A DNA stretch of 64,000 nt from a bacterium (GCA_032250835.1 JAVVEA010000001.1:352001-416000), one strand, 5' to 3'; counted from the first letter of the stretch, positions 22,457 through 32,481 are shown. Notes: a model not told the origin generated them from the sequence alone. A program made the numbers and translations.

Positions 22457-22474
22457 GGCTCCTCCCGAGGAGGC

Positions 22475-22681
22475 TCAAAAAAATTTAAAGCGTCTCTTCT
22501 TCTTGGCTGGCTTGAAGCTATCGAGCAACACATCGATGATCTCACCTTTGACCCCTTTGAACTCAAGGGCGACCAACTTACGTTCCAAACAACGACGGTG
22601 GCAGGATTCCTCCTCATCGCTGATCCAGCGTTCTTCTTCGGCGGTAATTTCTTGGCCGCAAAATTCGCAGGTTTCGGACAT
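22475..22681 (-). CDS. Small Cys/His zinc-finger-like hypothetical protein
   Basis: CEFC...CHRRC with a basic tail; co-directional between the U32 and kinase genes. Confidence 0.6.
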   Translation of the reverse strand: MSETCEFCGQEITAEEERWISDEEESCHRRCLERKLVALEFKGVKGEIIDVLLDSFKPAKKKRRFKFF

Positions 22682-22717
22682 GTCTTCAGGTCGGGTCAGT
22701 TCAAATTGGGGGTTCTC

Positions 22718-23854
22718 TTAGGGAAGAAGAAGCAAACTCCGCGCCAGGGCTCCCTTCACAAAGGGAATCAAATAGGCCCCCGGCTCTGATATACCGCTAA
22801 CCTGCTCACCCGACAGTTTTTCTAATCGCTCGATCAGTAGCGTAAATTCTTTACCTTCGGGGTTTACCAGCCCTAATTGGACCGGAAGATTCAAGCTGAT
22901 TTCAAGTTGGATCAGGCAGTAAGCCCCTTTAGATGCCTCTAACACCTCGCCAACCTGTTGCCCCTCTACCTGAGCCAGACGGGCGTTGGTCAGGCGTTTG
23001 ACCGGACGGTCGGTGCGGTTGGCGCAAAAGAAACCGGCGGTGATCTTACGGGGCCAAGCTGCTTTGAGCGCCAGAAAATCACCTTGAGCGGCCTCAAAGG
23101 CCTGCCACTCCTTAAGCTCGGCAAACTCCAACCGCACCCCACCCACTCCGGCGGCTTCGATTGACGCCAACCGGTCGAGCAGGAACAAATCCCGCGAATG
23201 TAACATACAGGTGCCCTGAGGGCTTTGCCAGAGGCGATTGACTTGCCTCGGCCGCTCCAAACTGACCGCTTCTAAGGCCCGGTAGGCTTGGTCCGCGTCC
23301 AACAAAGGGCGGGAACTAAAAAAAACTTCCAGCGGACCTAAGGCCTGAACTTCCAAAGGTGGCAGGCCTGTTTTGTCCAAACCAGCCACCGCTTTTATGG
23401 GCAATTGATTGGACAAGCAAATCCGCGCCGGGTTCAATTCGGCGGCCCAGCCGTGGATCGTGGCGGCATTGGGGCTGCTTAGTTCCAAGCTCAGGTGTAA
23501 GGGCAGCTCGGGCCAGTGCCGTTTCAACGCCCTAGCGGCACCCAAATCGGCCACCTTCACGCCTCTAAGCTTGCTCACCCAAGGCTCTAGGATGGTCAGC
23601 CCCCTAGCTAGGGCTTGATCAGTCAACGGTAAATCCCACAACAAAATGGGCGAGCCTCCGGCGGCTAAAATTTTTTCTAGCACCAAAGGCGTCTCATCCA
23701 CCTCAAATTGTCCGCGCCGCGAGAGTCCCTTAACACCCCATAGTATTTCGGGCTGAGACAAGGCCAATAGCGGTTCTAAAAGCGATGGATGTTGGATCGA
23801 AAAGCAATAGTTCAAGGGGCAAATTCCAATGAGGTTTAAACCTTTGTAAACCAC
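22718..23854 (-). CDS. Peptidase U32 family protein (YrrN/TrhP1-like, Cys-poor)
   Basis: VADLG, PLHLS, RICLSNQL, LEVQALG, SRDL.L, GV..VRLE, TAGFF; true start may be TTG 23815. Confidence 0.75.
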   Translation of the reverse strand: MVYKGLNLIGICPLNYCFSIQHPSLLEPLLALSQPEILWGVKGLSRRGQFEVDETPLVLEKILAAGGSPILLWDLPLTDQALARGLTILEPWVSKLRGVKVADLGAARALKRHWPELPLHLSLELSSPNAATIHGWAAELNPARICLSNQLPIKAVAGLDKTGLPPLEVQALGPLEVFFSSRPLLDADQAYRALEAVSLERPRQVNRLWQSPQGTCMLHSRDLFLLDRLASIEAAGVGGVRLEFAELKEWQAFEAAQGDFLALKAAWPRKITAGFFCANRTDRPVKRLTNARLAQVEGQQVGEVLEASKGAYCLIQLEISLNLPVQLGLVNPEGKEFTLLIERLEKLSGEQVSGISEPGAYLIPFVKGALARSLLLLP

Positions 23855-23924
23855 CTCCTTTACCGGGTAAAGCTGAACTGAACAAATGGCGTTCTAATTA
23901 CGCCGCAGGGCCGGAATTATTCGG

Positions 23925-23953
23925 TTGAAAGTTTTCCGTACCTGCACTATTGT
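23925..23953 (+). promoter_or_regulatory. Putative sigma70 promoter of korAB
   Basis: TTGAAA-17 bp-TATTGT. Confidence 0.45.
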
Positions 23954-24049
23954 TATTAGCCGAACGACGATATGGTGAGGCATTTGCCTCCTAAGTAGCG
24001 ATAAGCAAATTCGCTAGACTTAAAACTAGGACCTCAACCAAAAGCCGCA

Positions 24050-25894
24050 ATGAACGACACGCTTCGACTGCAAGAACTGGGTAATGTAGTGATCCGGTTT
24101 TCCGGTGACTCTGGAGACGGGATGCAGCTTACGGGCAACCAGTTTACCAGCGCCGCTGCCAATATTGGTAACGATGTAGTAACCCTGCCCGACTTCCCTG
24201 CTGAAATCCGCGCCCCAGCCGGCACCATCCCGGGCATCTCGGGATTCCAGCTCCAGATTGGGGACCATAAGGTCAACACGCCGGGCGACTTCCCGGACGT
24301 TTTGATCGCCATGAACCCCGCAGCCCTACGGGCCAACATCAAGGACCTACGTCCCGATGGCTTTGCTATCACCGATGCAGACGCCTATGACGAACGTGCC
24401 ATCGCCAAAGCTGGTTACGCTGAAGGAATCGACCCCTTCTCTCGCGAAGAAACCCTAGGCAAACAAGTGATCGCCGCGCCGATCACCAGCCAAACCTTGG
24501 CGGCTTTGGAAGAATTCACCGAGATGACCAAGAAGGACAAGGAGCGCTGCAAAAACTTCTTTACCTTAGGTCTGCTTTTCTGGCTCTACGACCGCAGTCC
24601 TGACTTCACCATCACCTGGCTCAAGGGCAAGTTCGCCAAGAAGCCGATGATCGCTGAAGCCAACATCAAGGCCATGAACGAGGGCATGATTTTCGCCCAG
24701 AACTCCGGCCTCTTCCAGTCTCAGTATAAAATCCCCGGTGCGGTTACCAAACCGGGTACCTATAAGTTCCTGACCGGGAACGAAGCCGCTGGCCAAGGCT
24801 TGATCGCCGCCGCCGAGAAGGCTGGTTTGAATCTCTTCTTAGGTTCTTACCCCATCACCCCGGCCACGACGATCTTAGAAGAAGTGGCGCGCCACAAGAA
24901 CTTCGACGTCAAAGCCGTCCAGATGGAAGACGAAATCGCTGGTATCTGCTGCGCCATTGGTGCTGCCTGGGCCGGTGACTTGGCGGCTACCAACACCTCG
25001 GGCCCCGGTGTGGCGCTCAAAGGTGAGGCCATGGGTTTGGTGATGATTCTCGAGCTGCCTTTGGTGATCATCAACGTCCAGCGCGGTGGCCCTTCGACTG
25101 GCCTGCCCACCAAGACCGAGCAATCGGACTTGATGCAAGCCATGTACGGTCGCAACGGTGAGTCCCCGATTCCGGTCATTGCCGCTAAGAGCCCTTCGGA
25201 TTGTTTCGATATGGCCTTTGAAGCATCCCGGATTGCGCTCAAGTACATGACCCCGGTCATCTTGTTGACCGATGGTTACCTAGGCAACGGTGCCGAGGCA
25301 TTCCGCATCCCTGATGTCAGCGAATTGCCCGAACTGCCCACCAATTTCCGCACCAACCCCGAAGGGTACCAGTCTTACGCCCGCGACCCCAAGACCATGG
25401 CACGTGAATGGGTGAAGCCCGGCACTCCCGGCTTGGCCAACCGCATCGGCGGTTTGGAAAAAGACCAGCTTTCCGGTGCGGTCTCGCACGACCCGGACAA
25501 CCACGACCACATGGTCCGCGCCCGCGCAGCCAAAGTGGCCAATATCGCCAACGACATTCCGGACTTGGAGATCCATGGTGACCAGGATGGCGGCGAAATT
25601 GTGATCATCGGTTGGGGCTCCACCTATGGGGCTATTAACAACAAAGTCAACAAGTACCGCGCAGAAGGCAAGCCGGTATCTCAGGTCCACTTCTCACACA
25701 TCTTCCCCTTCCCCAAGAACACCTTGGAGGTATTGAAGAAGTTTAAGAAGATTGTGGTCGCTGAAATGAACCTGGGCCAGCTAAACAGCCTGCTGCGCGC
25801 CGAGTTCACCGTCGAGACCATCCCGTTGACTAAGATTCAAGGCAAGCCATTTACCGAAGACGAAATCGCCGCTGTGGTGGACCAACTTTTGTAG
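24050..25894 (+). CDS. korA: 2-oxoacid:ferredoxin oxidoreductase alpha subunit (gamma-alpha fused)
   Basis: GDSGDGMQLTG, SYPITPAT, EDEIA, TSGPG, QRGGPSTGLPTK, EMNLGQL. Confidence 0.93.
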   Translation: MNDTLRLQELGNVVIRFSGDSGDGMQLTGNQFTSAAANIGNDVVTLPDFPAEIRAPAGTIPGISGFQLQIGDHKVNTPGDFPDVLIAMNPAALRANIKDLRPDGFAITDADAYDERAIAKAGYAEGIDPFSREETLGKQVIAAPITSQTLAALEEFTEMTKKDKERCKNFFTLGLLFWLYDRSPDFTITWLKGKFAKKPMIAEANIKAMNEGMIFAQNSGLFQSQYKIPGAVTKPGTYKFLTGNEAAGQGLIAAAEKAGLNLFLGSYPITPATTILEEVARHKNFDVKAVQMEDEIAGICCAIGAAWAGDLAATNTSGPGVALKGEAMGLVMILELPLVIINVQRGGPSTGLPTKTEQSDLMQAMYGRNGESPIPVIAAKSPSDCFDMAFEASRIALKYMTPVILLTDGYLGNGAEAFRIPDVSELPELPTNFRTNPEGYQSYARDPKTMAREWVKPGTPGLANRIGGLEKDQLSGAVSHDPDNHDHMVRARAAKVANIANDIPDLEIHGDQDGGEIVIIGWGSTYGAINNKVNKYRAEGKPVSQVHFSHIFPFPKNTLEVLKKFKKIVVAEMNLGQLNSLLRAEFTVETIPLTKIQGKPFTEDEIAAVVDQLL

Positions 25895-25906
25895 GAGAGA
25901 CCCAGA

Positions 25907-26914
25907 ATGAACGCTGAAAGCAAATACACCAAAAAGGACTTCGTACCCCCCGGTGATGTAAAATGGTGCGCCGGTTGCGGCGACTACGCCATCTTGGCCC
26001 AGGTACAAAAAGTTCTTGCTGAAACGGGCATCAGCCCCGATCAATTTGCCTTTATTTCGGGTATCGGCTGCTCTAGCCGCTTCCCCTATTACATGAACTG
26101 CTACGGCTTGCACGGCATCCATGGCCGTGCCTTGGCCATCGCCACGGGCACTAAAGTCGCTAACCCGGACCTACACGTTTGGGTGGCTATGGGTGACGGT
26201 GACGGCCTGGCTATTGGCGGTAACCACTTCATCCACGCAGTGCGCCGTAACGTGGGCATCAAGAGCATCTTGATGGACAACCGCATTTACGGTCTGACCA
26301 AAGGTCAGTTTAGCCCGACCAGCCAACGGGGCGCTAAAGTAAAGACCGCGCCGATGGGTACCGTTGAGGACCCCATCGATCCGATCTCTTTATCCTTGAG
26401 CCTAGGCGGCAGCTTCGTGGCCCGGACCACGGACCGCGACGTCAAGCATATGGCCGAGGTGTTACGCCGCAGCCAAGAGCACGATGGTTTCTCTATGGTC
26501 CAGGTGCTTCAAAACTGCCCGATCTTCAACGACGGGGCCTTTGACACTTGGGTTTCCAAAGGCAAGGAAGAGTATGTCTTGAAGTTGGTCCACGGAGAGA
26601 AGATGATCTTCGGTCTGGACAACGAAAAGTGCATCGTCCGCAACGGCTTCAGCCCCAAAGTGGCGCTGGTAGCAGAAGTAGACGAGAAGGATATCATCAT
26701 CCACGATGAGTTTGCCACCGACAGCGGCTTAGCCGGTTTCTTAAGCCAGCTCAACGGTACCAACGGAATGCCCATGGCTTTGGGTATTTTCCGCCAGATT
26801 GACCACCCTGCCTTTGAGGCAGAGTATCGTCGGCAAAACGCCGAAGCCGCCGCTACCAAAGGCAAGGGCGACTTGGCTACCATGCTGCACGAAGGCGAGA
26901 CCTGGACTCTTTAA
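25907..26914 (+). CDS. korB: 2-oxoacid:ferredoxin oxidoreductase beta subunit
   Basis: WCAGCGD, SGIGCSSR, HGRA, TPP motif GDGD...N, YGLTKGQFSPT. Confidence 0.93.
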   Translation: MNAESKYTKKDFVPPGDVKWCAGCGDYAILAQVQKVLAETGISPDQFAFISGIGCSSRFPYYMNCYGLHGIHGRALAIATGTKVANPDLHVWVAMGDGDGLAIGGNHFIHAVRRNVGIKSILMDNRIYGLTKGQFSPTSQRGAKVKTAPMGTVEDPIDPISLSLSLGGSFVARTTDRDVKHMAEVLRRSQEHDGFSMVQVLQNCPIFNDGAFDTWVSKGKEEYVLKLVHGEKMIFGLDNEKCIVRNGFSPKVALVAEVDEKDIIIHDEFATDSGLAGFLSQLNGTNGMPMALGIFRQIDHPAFEAEYRRQNAEAAATKGKGDLATMLHEGETWTL

Positions 26915-26920
26915 TTCCTT

Positions 26921-26950
26921 AGGAGGGGCCCCCTATTTGGGGGCCTCCTT
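26921..26950 (+). terminator. Hairpin after korB (probable terminator)
   Basis: AGGAGG(GG)CCCCC-TATTT-GGGGGCCTCCT, short T tail. Confidence 0.6.
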
Positions 26951-26970
26951 CGAACCCCTCTCTTTTCCTC

Positions 26971-29049
26971 ATGTCCGCCAAAGAAAGATCAGATTCTTTA
27001 CGTCTTTGGCATCTTCTGGCCATCCTGGGAGTTTTCTCTTTCCTAGGCTTACTGGTCGGTTTTATGGCCTTCCGCAGCCATACCATCGAGCAGTTTGAGT
27101 CCGCCTTGGCCGCTCAGGACGACAACACCATCTTCTACGACATTGACGGTCAGCCCTTTCACGTAATCCAGGGCGAACAGGACCGTAAGTATGTACCGCT
27201 CTCGAAGATGAGCCGCAATCTCCAAATGGCGGTGGTCGCTATCGAAGACGCCCGCTTCTTCCAGCACTTCGGCTTCGACCCAATCCGCATTTTGGGGGCG
27301 ATTGTATACAACATTAAAAACTTCCGAGCGCCTCACGGGGCCTCAACGATCAGCCAGCAACTGATCAAATTGACGTTACTCAGCCCCGAGCAGACCTTAA
27401 GCCGTAAGCTCAAAGAGCTATTCATATCGATTGCCATAGAAACCAAATACTCCAAGGCAGAAATCCTTGAGTTTTACCTCAACCGGGTCTATTTAGGGCA
27501 CCGCAACTATGGAGTCGAGAATGCAGCACTCAACTACTTCCATAAAAACAGCAAGGACCTGAGCTTAGCCGAAGGAGCCTTTATTGCCGGGCTGATCAAA
27601 AAACCCGAAGGCTATTCCCCCTTTGTTAACCTCAAGGGTGCACGAACCCGCCAAATTTTGGTGCTGATGCGGATGCGGGCTTTAGACTGGATCAGCAAAG
27701 AAGAATACCAGCAGGCCCTTAACGAACACATTCTGATCCGGCAACGCCGAAAGTCAGACCTCAACCTAGCGCCCTTCTTCACCAATCAGGTTCTTTCAGA
27801 GTTAAAGCAACGCTACACCGTTGAGCAGATCTACGGCGGTGGGCTACGCATATACACCACCCTTAACCGACGCTACCAAGAAACGTTAGAGGCAGCGATC
27901 CACGAACGCCTCTCTAGGGCCCGCAGCTTTGAAGAGATCGGGGCGGTCAGCATCGACCCGGCCACGGGCTTTGTGGAGGCCTTAGTTGGGGGGGCGGACT
28001 TCAACCAAAGCGAATTCAACCGGGTCACCCAAGCCCGGCGTCAGCCCGGTTCCGCCTTTAAGGCAATCTTGTATAGCGCGGCCTTGAGCCGAGGCCTTAA
28101 GCCCAACGACGTATTTTTAGACGAGCCCGTCCAATACGCCAACAGCAACGACGAAAACAGCACCGACTTCTATGCCCCAGAAAACTACTCGGGCGAGTAT
28201 TCGGGCGAGATCACCCTGGCCCAGGCCCTTAAGGTCAGCAACAATGTGGTCAGTGTCCAGATATTAAAAAAGATCGGGATTCAAAGCTTAGTTGAAGTGG
28301 CCGAACGCTTTGGCCTCGAAATCCCCCGCGACCGCGGCCTTTGCTTGGCCCTTGGCTGTGCGGAGGTATCTTTATTGGAACTAACCAACGCCTATAGCGT
28401 CTTCACCAATTCGGGCATGAAGTCTGAGCCGGTCTTCATCCTTAAAGTGACCGATTCCTTCGGCAACCTCTTACAAGAATACAAACCAAAACCCGAAAAG
28501 CAGGTGCTTAGCTCCGGCGTCGCCTTCCAAATGAACCGCATGCTCCAGGCAGTGGTCACTTCGGGCACCGGACGGGCCTCGAAGATCGAGGAAACTTCCG
28601 GCGGCAAGACCGGCACCACCGACGGCTTCCGAGATGCTTGGTTTATTGGTTATACGGCGGGATTGGTCACCGGTATCTGGATCGGCAACGACAACAACGA
28701 ACCGATGGACGGCGAGGTCGGCGGGCGGACCCCGGCGCGGCTGTGGAAGGCTTATATGAAGGAACTCCCGGCTACGGGATATGAGCGGACCTTCCCGATC
28801 AACGATGAGTTTGAAGATTTTAGGCTTTGTGATAGCTCCGGGCTAAAGGCCACCGAGTACTGCCCTAAAGTTTCTTGGTATCCGCTGCGGCGCGATACAG
28901 CTCCGCTGCGCGATTGCGACATCCACGGACCGCACACTCTATTCGAAGAGCCCTCCATGACCTTCGAAACCGACGCAGAGCACCAATTAGACCCGGCGAC
29001 AGACGTTCCCATGGTAACCTTTCCGGAATTTTATCCCGCCAGTCCTTAA
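26971..29049 (+). CDS. Class A penicillin-binding protein (PBP1A family)
   Basis: N-terminal TM; transglycosylase EDARF..H.G, GASTISQQ, RKLKE; transpeptidase SAFK, SNN, KTGT. Confidence 0.95.
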   Translation: MSAKERSDSLRLWHLLAILGVFSFLGLLVGFMAFRSHTIEQFESALAAQDDNTIFYDIDGQPFHVIQGEQDRKYVPLSKMSRNLQMAVVAIEDARFFQHFGFDPIRILGAIVYNIKNFRAPHGASTISQQLIKLTLLSPEQTLSRKLKELFISIAIETKYSKAEILEFYLNRVYLGHRNYGVENAALNYFHKNSKDLSLAEGAFIAGLIKKPEGYSPFVNLKGARTRQILVLMRMRALDWISKEEYQQALNEHILIRQRRKSDLNLAPFFTNQVLSELKQRYTVEQIYGGGLRIYTTLNRRYQETLEAAIHERLSRARSFEEIGAVSIDPATGFVEALVGGADFNQSEFNRVTQARRQPGSAFKAILYSAALSRGLKPNDVFLDEPVQYANSNDENSTDFYAPENYSGEYSGEITLAQALKVSNNVVSVQILKKIGIQSLVEVAERFGLEIPRDRGLCLALGCAEVSLLELTNAYSVFTNSGMKSEPVFILKVTDSFGNLLQEYKPKPEKQVLSSGVAFQMNRMLQAVVTSGTGRASKIEETSGGKTGTTDGFRDAWFIGYTAGLVTGIWIGNDNNEPMDGEVGGRTPARLWKAYMKELPATGYERTFPINDEFEDFRLCDSSGLKATEYCPKVSWYPLRRDTAPLRDCDIHGPHTLFEEPSMTFETDAEHQLDPATDVPMVTFPEFYPASP

Positions 29050-29621
29050 AGCAGGGCCTCGATCGCCTCTAGCAATTCGGTGCGGCCCATCTTTTTAAGC
29101 GCCGAATGGAGGATCAAGGGCTCCGAAGCCCCTAGAGTCTTGCGCAACTTGCTGGCCTGTTGCTGCACTTGGCTTTTGTTGAGTTTATCGGCCTTGTTGC
29201 CGATCAGGCGGTAGGGGAGGCCACCTTCGACTAAGCTCATATTAAACTCCCGGTCCTCTTTGCTGGGGTCATGGCGCAGATCTAAGATCTGGAAGATCAT
29301 CTTCAGCGGCTCATATTGGAACAAGAAGTCCCAAATCATCAGCATCCACTGCTCCTTGACCGCTTTGGGCGCCGTAGCGAAGCCGTAGCCCGGCAAATCC
29401 ACCAAGTAATAGGCCTGATCGATCAAGAAAAAGTTGATCAGTTGCGTCTTGCCCGGTGTACCGCTGGTTTTCACCAACTTGTTGCGCTGGGTCAGGTGAT
29501 TGATCAGCGTCGACTTGCCCACATTTGACCGCCCAATAAAGGCAAAGGCCGGTAAAGGCGGCAGATCGATGGACCCGACTTTGGTGAAGGACTTAACATA
29601 TTCTGCGTTATGGATCTCCAT
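29046..29621 (-). CDS. yihA: Ribosome biogenesis GTPase YihA/YsxC (EngB)
   Basis: GRSNVGKS, TPGKTQLIN, VDLPGYG, NKAD, HSA. Confidence 0.96.
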   Translation of the reverse strand: MEIHNAEYVKSFTKVGSIDLPPLPAFAFIGRSNVGKSTLINHLTQRNKLVKTSGTPGKTQLINFFLIDQAYYLVDLPGYGFATAPKAVKEQWMLMIWDFLFQYEPLKMIFQILDLRHDPSKEDREFNMSLVEGGLPYRLIGNKADKLNKSQVQQQASKLRKTLGASEPLILHSALKKMGRTELLEAIEALL

Positions 29622-29749
29622 GAGGCCTCCTGTTGCGTTACCCTAGCCGAAGGACGGCTCTGGGGGAAGCCCCAGCGGGAAAAAAGGCTTGGCTCCCCTT
29701 GTAAGAACGCGTTCTTTCTGAGATTCTCAAGACCAACCCTAAGAGGCCT

Positions 29750-30616
29750 ATGACTGAACCACCACGCTCCAATAAAGCCCCCTTCCAGCTGATGCAGCTG
29801 ATGTCCACCGCATTTGGGCAATACCGGGCGCAGATCTTGCCGCTATTGGTCTTGAGCCTGGTCAGCTTCCTCCCCTTTTGGGCGATCAGCCAATTCAGCC
29901 AATTTGACTTAGGCGACCTATCGGAACTGTTCCACGGTTTCTTGTTGGATATCTTGGTTTTCTTGGCCTTGCCTACGCTGCTGAGCTTCAACCGGATTTA
30001 CCCGATTGAAACCCTCAAGATCTTCACCAACTTCTTCGCCAGTTCGATCTTGGTGGTGCTGCTGCAGGTTTTCGGGTTGTTCTTTTTGCTGCTCTTTTTC
30101 TCGGGCTTTGGGCTGCCCTTTATGTTTTTTGGTCTCGTGCCTTTTATCTTCATTCTCTTTGTGGGCCAGTTTTCCTTGGTCAACAACGCCCCGAAGATGT
30201 TGGAGCTAAAAGACAACTTCATCGATAGTGTGCTGCTGATCCGCAAGCACTTTTGGGCGGTCTTTGTGGCTTATTTGAACCTATCGACCTTGATGATCCT
30301 GCCGATCCTGATTTTCAGCTTGGTCTACATGCGCAGCCATCCCGAGTTCGTCAAACTGACCGACACGACGGGGCCCATGGACGGCACCGGACTTTTTGAG
30401 GCCATCCAAGCGGTGATGAACGAGACGGGCTACCAAATGGGCCGCATGGGCATCCACCTCGTTTTTCGGCCCTTTAAGGCGCTGGTGATGGGCTTGATTT
30501 TGGCTAAACTGCTGGAGCAGAGCATGCCCGAGAAACACGCAGCCTACTTCAACATCACCGAGCCTCCGGCCGAAGACAACCCTTCGATCGAACAGAGCTG
30601 GAACCCTAAAGAGTGA
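29750..30616 (+). CDS. Integral membrane hypothetical protein
   Basis: About 6 Phe/Leu-rich hydrophobic segments; RBS GAGG. Confidence 0.75.
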   Translation: MTEPPRSNKAPFQLMQLMSTAFGQYRAQILPLLVLSLVSFLPFWAISQFSQFDLGDLSELFHGFLLDILVFLALPTLLSFNRIYPIETLKIFTNFFASSILVVLLQVFGLFFLLLFFSGFGLPFMFFGLVPFIFILFVGQFSLVNNAPKMLELKDNFIDSVLLIRKHFWAVFVAYLNLSTLMILPILIFSLVYMRSHPEFVKLTDTTGPMDGTGLFEAIQAVMNETGYQMGRMGIHLVFRPFKALVMGLILAKLLEQSMPEKHAAYFNITEPPAEDNPSIEQSWNPKE

Positions 30617-30623
30617 GGTCCCA

Positions 30624-31532
30624 TTGGCGACGTTGGACAAGATCGGAAAACCCAAGATTTTAACTGAGTCGGACCGTATTCTGACGGATTTGAGCCAGGA
30701 ATTGGCACAGTTAAAGGACCGGATGAGTCAGCTGGAGACCGAGCAAGAGGAAAGCCGCCACTTGATCGACCAGATCAGCTTTGAAGAGGCACTGGCCAAC
30801 AAGACCATCCAGGTCCAAAAACAAGAGATCACCGCCCATAAAGAGAATTATCAAGTCATTGCCGGGGTGATGCACGACCTAAAAACCCCGGTCAATAGCG
30901 TGATGCAAAACCTGGCGAGCATCATCCAAGAGATCGACGACCTAGAGACCCAAGAAAGCCTAAAGGACTGTATGAATACAGCTTCTAGCGTCTTGGAAGG
31001 CTTTACGGAAGTAGAGGAGTTTTGCCTCTTTGAGTCCGGCGACTTCTTAGCCAAACAAAAAGAAATCAACCTACGCGGATTCTTTACCGAATTGGTCAGC
31101 AACTTCCAGATGGACCCCGCCTTAGGCCGCAAACATAAACTGTCCTTGGTGGTGGATTCAAAGGTGCCCGATTCGCTTTCGGCTTATACCGAAACGCTCA
31201 GCTTCGCGACCCGCTCGCTGATTGAAGAATTGGCGGGCTTAGCGGCGTCTAACAAATTAACGGTCCAAGTAAAGCTAGAAGAAAGCACCCAGGCCCATGG
31301 CTTGGAGTTGTCGGACTTGGTGGTGGAGTTGAAAATTGAAGGGGGGACTTTGTTGGCTGCTGACACCTCTTGGGTCAATTTCGTCCGCGCCCATGGTTCG
31401 AAGTTGCGCCAGAGCGGTTTCAGCCTACTTAAAACCCGCGACCGAGCCCGGCAGACTGGCGGGCATTTAGAGATGATTTCGGGGGAGTCTCATCTAGAAG
31501 GCTTCCGGTTGATCCTTCCGATGACCTATTAA
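30624..31532 (+). CDS. Coiled-coil plus HisKA protein with degenerate ATPase domain (pseudo-kinase or phosphotransferase candidate)
   Basis: H-box MHDLKTP retained; no recognisable N, G1 or F boxes; G2-like remnant SGFSL...GGHLE...FRLILP; TTG start with GAGG. Confidence 0.7.
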   Translation: MATLDKIGKPKILTESDRILTDLSQELAQLKDRMSQLETEQEESRHLIDQISFEEALANKTIQVQKQEITAHKENYQVIAGVMHDLKTPVNSVMQNLASIIQEIDDLETQESLKDCMNTASSVLEGFTEVEEFCLFESGDFLAKQKEINLRGFFTELVSNFQMDPALGRKHKLSLVVDSKVPDSLSAYTETLSFATRSLIEELAGLAASNKLTVQVKLEESTQAHGLELSDLVVELKIEGGTLLAADTSWVNFVRAHGSKLRQSGFSLLKTRDRARQTGGHLEMISGESHLEGFRLILPMTY

Positions 31533-32478
31533 CGGCCAGTTCGCGGTAAAGTCGGCCATCTTCGAGTTGGGGGTAGAGCTTTTGGTAGTCTTGCCCCAAC
31601 TGATCCAATCCCACCCAATCACCTTGGCGGATCGCCCGTTGGGCCAACAACTCCAACCATTCTGGCCGCAGCTGGCTGGCCAGCACCCAAGGGCTTAGCT
31701 GACGGTAAGGCAGTTTCCAGCCCAACCGCTGCCCCAGTTGGCAATAGCTGGTCTTAGGTGAGGGCAGACCCGCGTTTTGTTGTTGGTGGCAAAGCTGGTC
31801 TAGACCCTTCCAGTCTCCGGAAGCAACCTGTTGCTCTACCAGTTGGTCGAGCAGGGTGCTGCTGCTGGGGTAGAGTAAAACCCAACGGTCCATCTCCTCT
31901 GCAGACAGCGGCAAGGATTGCCAGGGTAGATAAAGGGTCTTTTCTCGCATCTGGTGGGCCACTGCTAAGGCTTTGGCGTCCTCTCGCTTCAAAAATTCCA
32001 ACCAAAATTCCAAGACCAGATGCTCTAACTGAAGCGCTTCTTGCTTGGGTTGTGCGCCCTTCAAAAAACTCTGGGCCAAGGCTAAATCACCGAACCAAAG
32101 GGCCAGAAGGGCCCGTTGTTGGTCTAGCTCGGCGCTCTTGAACGCCGATCCAGGCTTTTGGGTGAGGGCCGCAAAGGCGGCACCGTAAAAGCCCTGGTAG
32201 GTTAAATATCGCACCTGATGGGCCAGCGCCTCGGCGTTGGGCGCGGGGGCGCGGGGGTGGCGTTCTAAGGTAAGGAGGTAAAGCTGGGATTGGCGGACCG
32301 ATGAGTCCACCGGCAAGCGGCGGTATTCATCTTGTGCGGAGCTATAGTCTCCGCGGCGCTCAAAGCCTAAAGCCCGAAGATAGGCCGACCGACGCCCGTC
32401 GCGCAGCGGTTGGGCCGCTTGCAGCAGGGTAGGGGTGAGCAAGAGAGCACATAAAAGCAGAGCTTTAAACATCAACAA
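31429..32478 (-). CDS. Exported alpha-helical (TPR-like) hypothetical protein
   Basis: Signal peptide, repeats such as GDYSSAQDEY and GDLALAQ; 3' end overlaps the convergent gene by 104 bp. Confidence 0.65.
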   Translation of the reverse strand: MLMFKALLLCALLLTPTLLQAAQPLRDGRRSAYLRALGFERRGDYSSAQDEYRRLPVDSSVRQSQLYLLTLERHPRAPAPNAEALAHQVRYLTYQGFYGAAFAALTQKPGSAFKSAELDQQRALLALWFGDLALAQSFLKGAQPKQEALQLEHLVLEFWLEFLKREDAKALAVAHQMREKTLYLPWQSLPLSAEEMDRWVLLYPSSSTLLDQLVEQQVASGDWKGLDQLCHQQQNAGLPSPKTSYCQLGQRLGWKLPYRQLSPWVLASQLRPEWLELLAQRAIRQGDWVGLDQLGQDYQKLYPQLEDGRLYRELAVNRSSEGSTGSLLDETPPKSSLNARQSAGLGRGF

Positions 32479-32481
32479 CCC

